From Octopus sinensis (lineage: Eukaryota), in assembly GCF_006345805.1 (NCBI RefSeq), contig NW_021826786.1:1-12079 (forward strand): DNA of 12,079 nucleotides, in the 5' to 3' direction. This document shows, piece after piece, positions 9,227-12,079 of the stretch (position 1 is the first letter of the stretch; the number at the start of each line of letters is the position of its first letter). Position numbers and translations under genes: made by a program. The notes beneath the pieces were generated by a model, which was not told the DNA's origin, did not search any database, and saw only the letters and a program-made list of their open reading frames with translations.

Positions 9227-9498
9227 CGTACATATGGTATAATTATAAAAATTATAAACAGGGCAAATTTTAACCATTTCTCCGCAGACTGAAAAAAATT
9301 ATGAACAACCTTAATCGAATTTTCGAACCTTATTGCTTTCTCATTAGAGGCATCTCCATCATTTTGACAATCTCCAGAGAAACAAGCGGCCAAACTGTTT
9401 ATATACTCAATAAATGCAGCAGTTACTCTATGACGGAGTCCCTAATTTGTATTATATATACGTTTATGTCTGCTTGTCTGTATATACGTATATAATGA

Positions 9499-9549
9499 TT
9501 TCTCCTCTGATGATCGCTGTTACGTGAAACTTGAGTTTCCCGGTGGAAT
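9499..9549 (+). ncRNA. Decayed hammerhead-core motif, copy 3
   Basis: CTGATGA (9507-9513), TCG-ctgtta-CGT, GAA, ACT-tg-AGT, T. Canonical core strands and a palindromic stem III, but stem I pairs only with a 3-nt offset and stem II has a U.U closing mismatch. Confidence 0.4.
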
Positions 9550-9579
9550 TCATTTTCAACTATATATTTTACGTTTTAT

Positions 9580-9656
9580 ATCTTTTACTTGTTTCAGTCT
9601 AATAAGACTGCGACTATGCTGGGGCACCGCCTCGAAAAATCTTAGTCGAATGAATC
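9580..9656 (-). mobile_element. 3'-terminal fragment of the composite SINE family
   Basis: CTTTTACTTGTTTCAGTC...GACTGCGACTATGCTGGGGCACCGCC...TTAGTCGAATGAATCG matches 2785-2846 and 2165-2228. Confidence 0.75.
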
Positions 9657-9994
9657 GTACGCGTATATAGTTTGTTTAATCATAATCTCTACTGAATACC
9701 ATTAAGCACTCGGTTTAAAAGCAACCATGGTGTGTGAGTGATGGTTGTAGTAGAGATAAAACAGATGGGAAGAAGCTGGGTGATGCCAGAAGAGCATTTC
9801 GTTGAGGTGGTCATTTAGCCTTATTATTAAACCTGAAGTACTTTTCATAAGAAATATATAGACAATTGTCATACGAGGAAGGACGAAGCTCAAAGTGTAT
9901 CTATTATGTTGACAAATTTTATATCGAGTTATATATCTAATGATATGTAACTATCAGCATGTCAATAGAAAATGGTTTGCGTACATGGTGTATT

Positions 9995-10028
9995 TGTTGT
10001 TATTGTTGTTGTTGTTGTTGCTGTTGTT
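9995..10028. repeat. (GTT)n microsatellite
   Basis: Direct reading; source of the poly-V and poly-Q in the ORF track. Confidence 0.85.
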
Positions 10029-10169
10029 GATTTCCCCAATTCTCAGAGTAATATAAAAGCATTGAACATTTCCAATATATGTGTCTATTTAGATAAAAGC
10101 ACGCAAATTTATCATATATCTTATCGCTTGTTTGTGTATGTCTGCGTTCGGGTGTGTATACATGTAGGA

Positions 10170-10239
10170 ATGCACACACACACATGCACACATAAACACA
10201 TATATATGTATATATATATATGTATATGTACATACAACC

Positions 10240-10287
<48 letters not shown>

Positions 10288-10508
10288 TGTATATATGTAT
10301 TTATGTATGTATGTGTTATATATATGCATACATACGCACATGGTTTTATGAGCATATGTATGTGTGTAGTTATACGCGTTAATAGCAAAAGAGAGCTTAA
10401 ATGCACGTAAATACAGACATGTGTACGTATAGGTCTACACATACATACATATACATACATATATATATACATATATATTATATATATTATATATATATAT
10501 ATACATAC

Positions 10509-10551
<43 letters not shown>

Positions 10552-10578
10552 TATATATATATACATAATATATCATAC

Positions 10579-10609
<31 letters not shown>

Positions 10610-10735
10610 ATTACATATATATCTGTGAGCGCGTTTGCATACAGGAAAATATACATCTATGTATATATATACATACACACATAATCGCGTGCGCGTATGT
10701 ATAACACATTCATATACATGTATACGTACATATAT
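10170..10735. repeat. Extended degenerate (TA)n/(CATA)n/(TATG)n low-complexity region
   Basis: Direct reading. Confidence 0.9.
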
Positions 10736-11072
10736 ATCGGAGTGGCGTATAGATATATATACTTTGAATCTTCCGTCGAGCGTGACAACTGAAACAGCAG
10801 TATTAGGAGACATGCGATATCGATATTACAAAGAGTATCTCATGATTGAATACGTTTAGCATCGTATCCCCATCCGGACATCCTTTAATTACCGTGCACT
10901 TTATCGTACAACACCGGCCTTACTCCGACGAAAGCACTTTAATGTGATGATAATCGATCTACGATATTAAATCCTCTGAGATTTCTGCTTTTAGTCCTTG
11001 GTGAGTTTAGTTCTTTCTCTCTGTCTTCCTTCCTCACCTTTATCTGTATGTGTATGTATACAAATGTATATA

Positions 11073-11088
11073 GTTATGTGTGTGTATG

Positions 11089-11124
<36 letters not shown>

Positions 11125-11294
11125 CACACACATACACTCATACATACACTCACAGACACATACATATACGTATACATGTATAGATATATGCATACATGTA
11201 TACGTATATGTATGTGTCTGTGAGTGTATGTATGAGTGTATGTGTGTGAGTGTGTGTGTGTGTGTATATATATATATACATACACACACATAAC
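11073..11294. repeat. Near-perfect 222-bp palindrome (fold-back inverted duplication)
   Basis: Arm 11073-11181 and the reverse complement of 11192-11294 are identical except for repeat counts, (TA)11(CA)6 vs (TA)7(CA)7. The spacer is 10 nt, AGATATATGC. Confidence 0.92.
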
Positions 11295-11989
11295 GCATAT
11301 ATATACCTATATACTTCTATAAACGAACTGTATATATCTTATTGTTCTGCTTGCTTATATCTGACCTTCTTATCCGATCGTGTATTCAGGTTTAGCTCCA
11401 CCTTTACACTTCAGCGTGCGGTCTACTGTTACAAAGGCAAGCACGCCCGGGAGCACTATAACAAAAATGTTAAAAGAACTTAAGGGCAGATAAGAAACCT
11501 ATACCATGGAAAGTCACAAAACCAGCTTAATTCTCAATAGACCGACCAAGGTATATCATACGAATACTGCAGTAGACCTCACACTTAAATAGCAGATTTT
11601 ATCCTCATATTTTAAAAAATAGGGACAATGTCTCAATATCCTTTCATTGTTAACATATTTAATCTTAGTTTGACGCCCCTGCGATATAACGATTGTCACA
11701 TTTGTGAAGATGTGATCGCCTTCCCTCAACATTTCCTCTCAAAATTCGTCCTTTCCAGAAGACTTAATTTTTTTTAAGCATTATGATGGCAGCGCTAACC
11801 TCGAAAAGCTCGGTAACTCGTACACATAGTTATAACAATTTCTATATGGCTATTAAGCTAGTTTAGATGCTGTTTACAGTGTTCACCATAACACACCATT
11901 ATCGAAGTGTCTGCATTTCCAGAATATCTCAAATCTGATATTTATGTAATGTTTATAGTGCATCGTTGAAGAAATTAACAGATGTTAAA

Positions 11990-12079
11990 CGCACACGCAC
12001 GCACACACACACACACGCACACACGCACACACACGCACACGCGCGCGCAAACACACACGCACACACAAACAAACAAACA
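11990..12079. repeat. (CA)n/(CACG)n/(CG)n repeat running off the window end
   Basis: Direct reading. Confidence 0.9.

Noticed and set aside
9370-9400. CCAGAGA...AAACTGTTT as a fourth hammerhead remnant
   Set aside because: Both core strands are non-canonical and stem II cannot be formed convincingly.
10855-10920. Minus-strand Cys-rich peptide GRCCTIKCTVIKGCPDGIRC*
   Set aside because: Only 20 codons between stops, a weak acceptor, and Cys spacing that does not match the insulin A-chain (CC-x3-C-x8-C) or any framework I recognise.
10925-10966. CCGACGA followed by a CAC/GTG stem, as a hammerhead-like motif
   Set aside because: No GAAA strand and no stem I partner.
11370-11498. Minus-strand open frame VSYLPLSSFNIFVIVLPGVLAFVTVDRTLKCKGGAKPEYTIG* with a signal-peptide-like stretch
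   Set aside because: No in-frame ATG, only a weak GT donor before the stop, and it overlaps the competing plus-strand exon candidate.

Overview
Eukaryotic, AT-rich, microsatellite-saturated non-coding DNA. The SINE families and microsatellite load look like a coleoid cephalopod, probably Octopus; this is recognition from memory, not a database result. No confidently identifiable protein-coding gene is present, and almost all supplied ORFs are translations of di-, tri- or tetranucleotide repeats. Supportable content: at least seven tRNA-derived SINE copies or fragments from three families (CORE-like composite, Meta-like, and a V-domain-like copy with a 13-bp TSD); a Tigger/pogo-type MITE with TIRs; a short degenerate hAT-like MITE; and a ~280-bp inverted repeat (8863-9140) whose two arms each carry a minimal type I hammerhead-ribozyme-like fold of the kind found in Penelope-like retroelement pseudo-LTRs, with a third hammerhead-core motif at ~9500. 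There is also a near-perfect 222-bp fold-back palindrome built from microsatellite sequence (11073-11294). A low-confidence, phase-compatible pair of minus-strand exons (5295-5110 and 4216-4058) could be the 3' end of an unrecognised gene.
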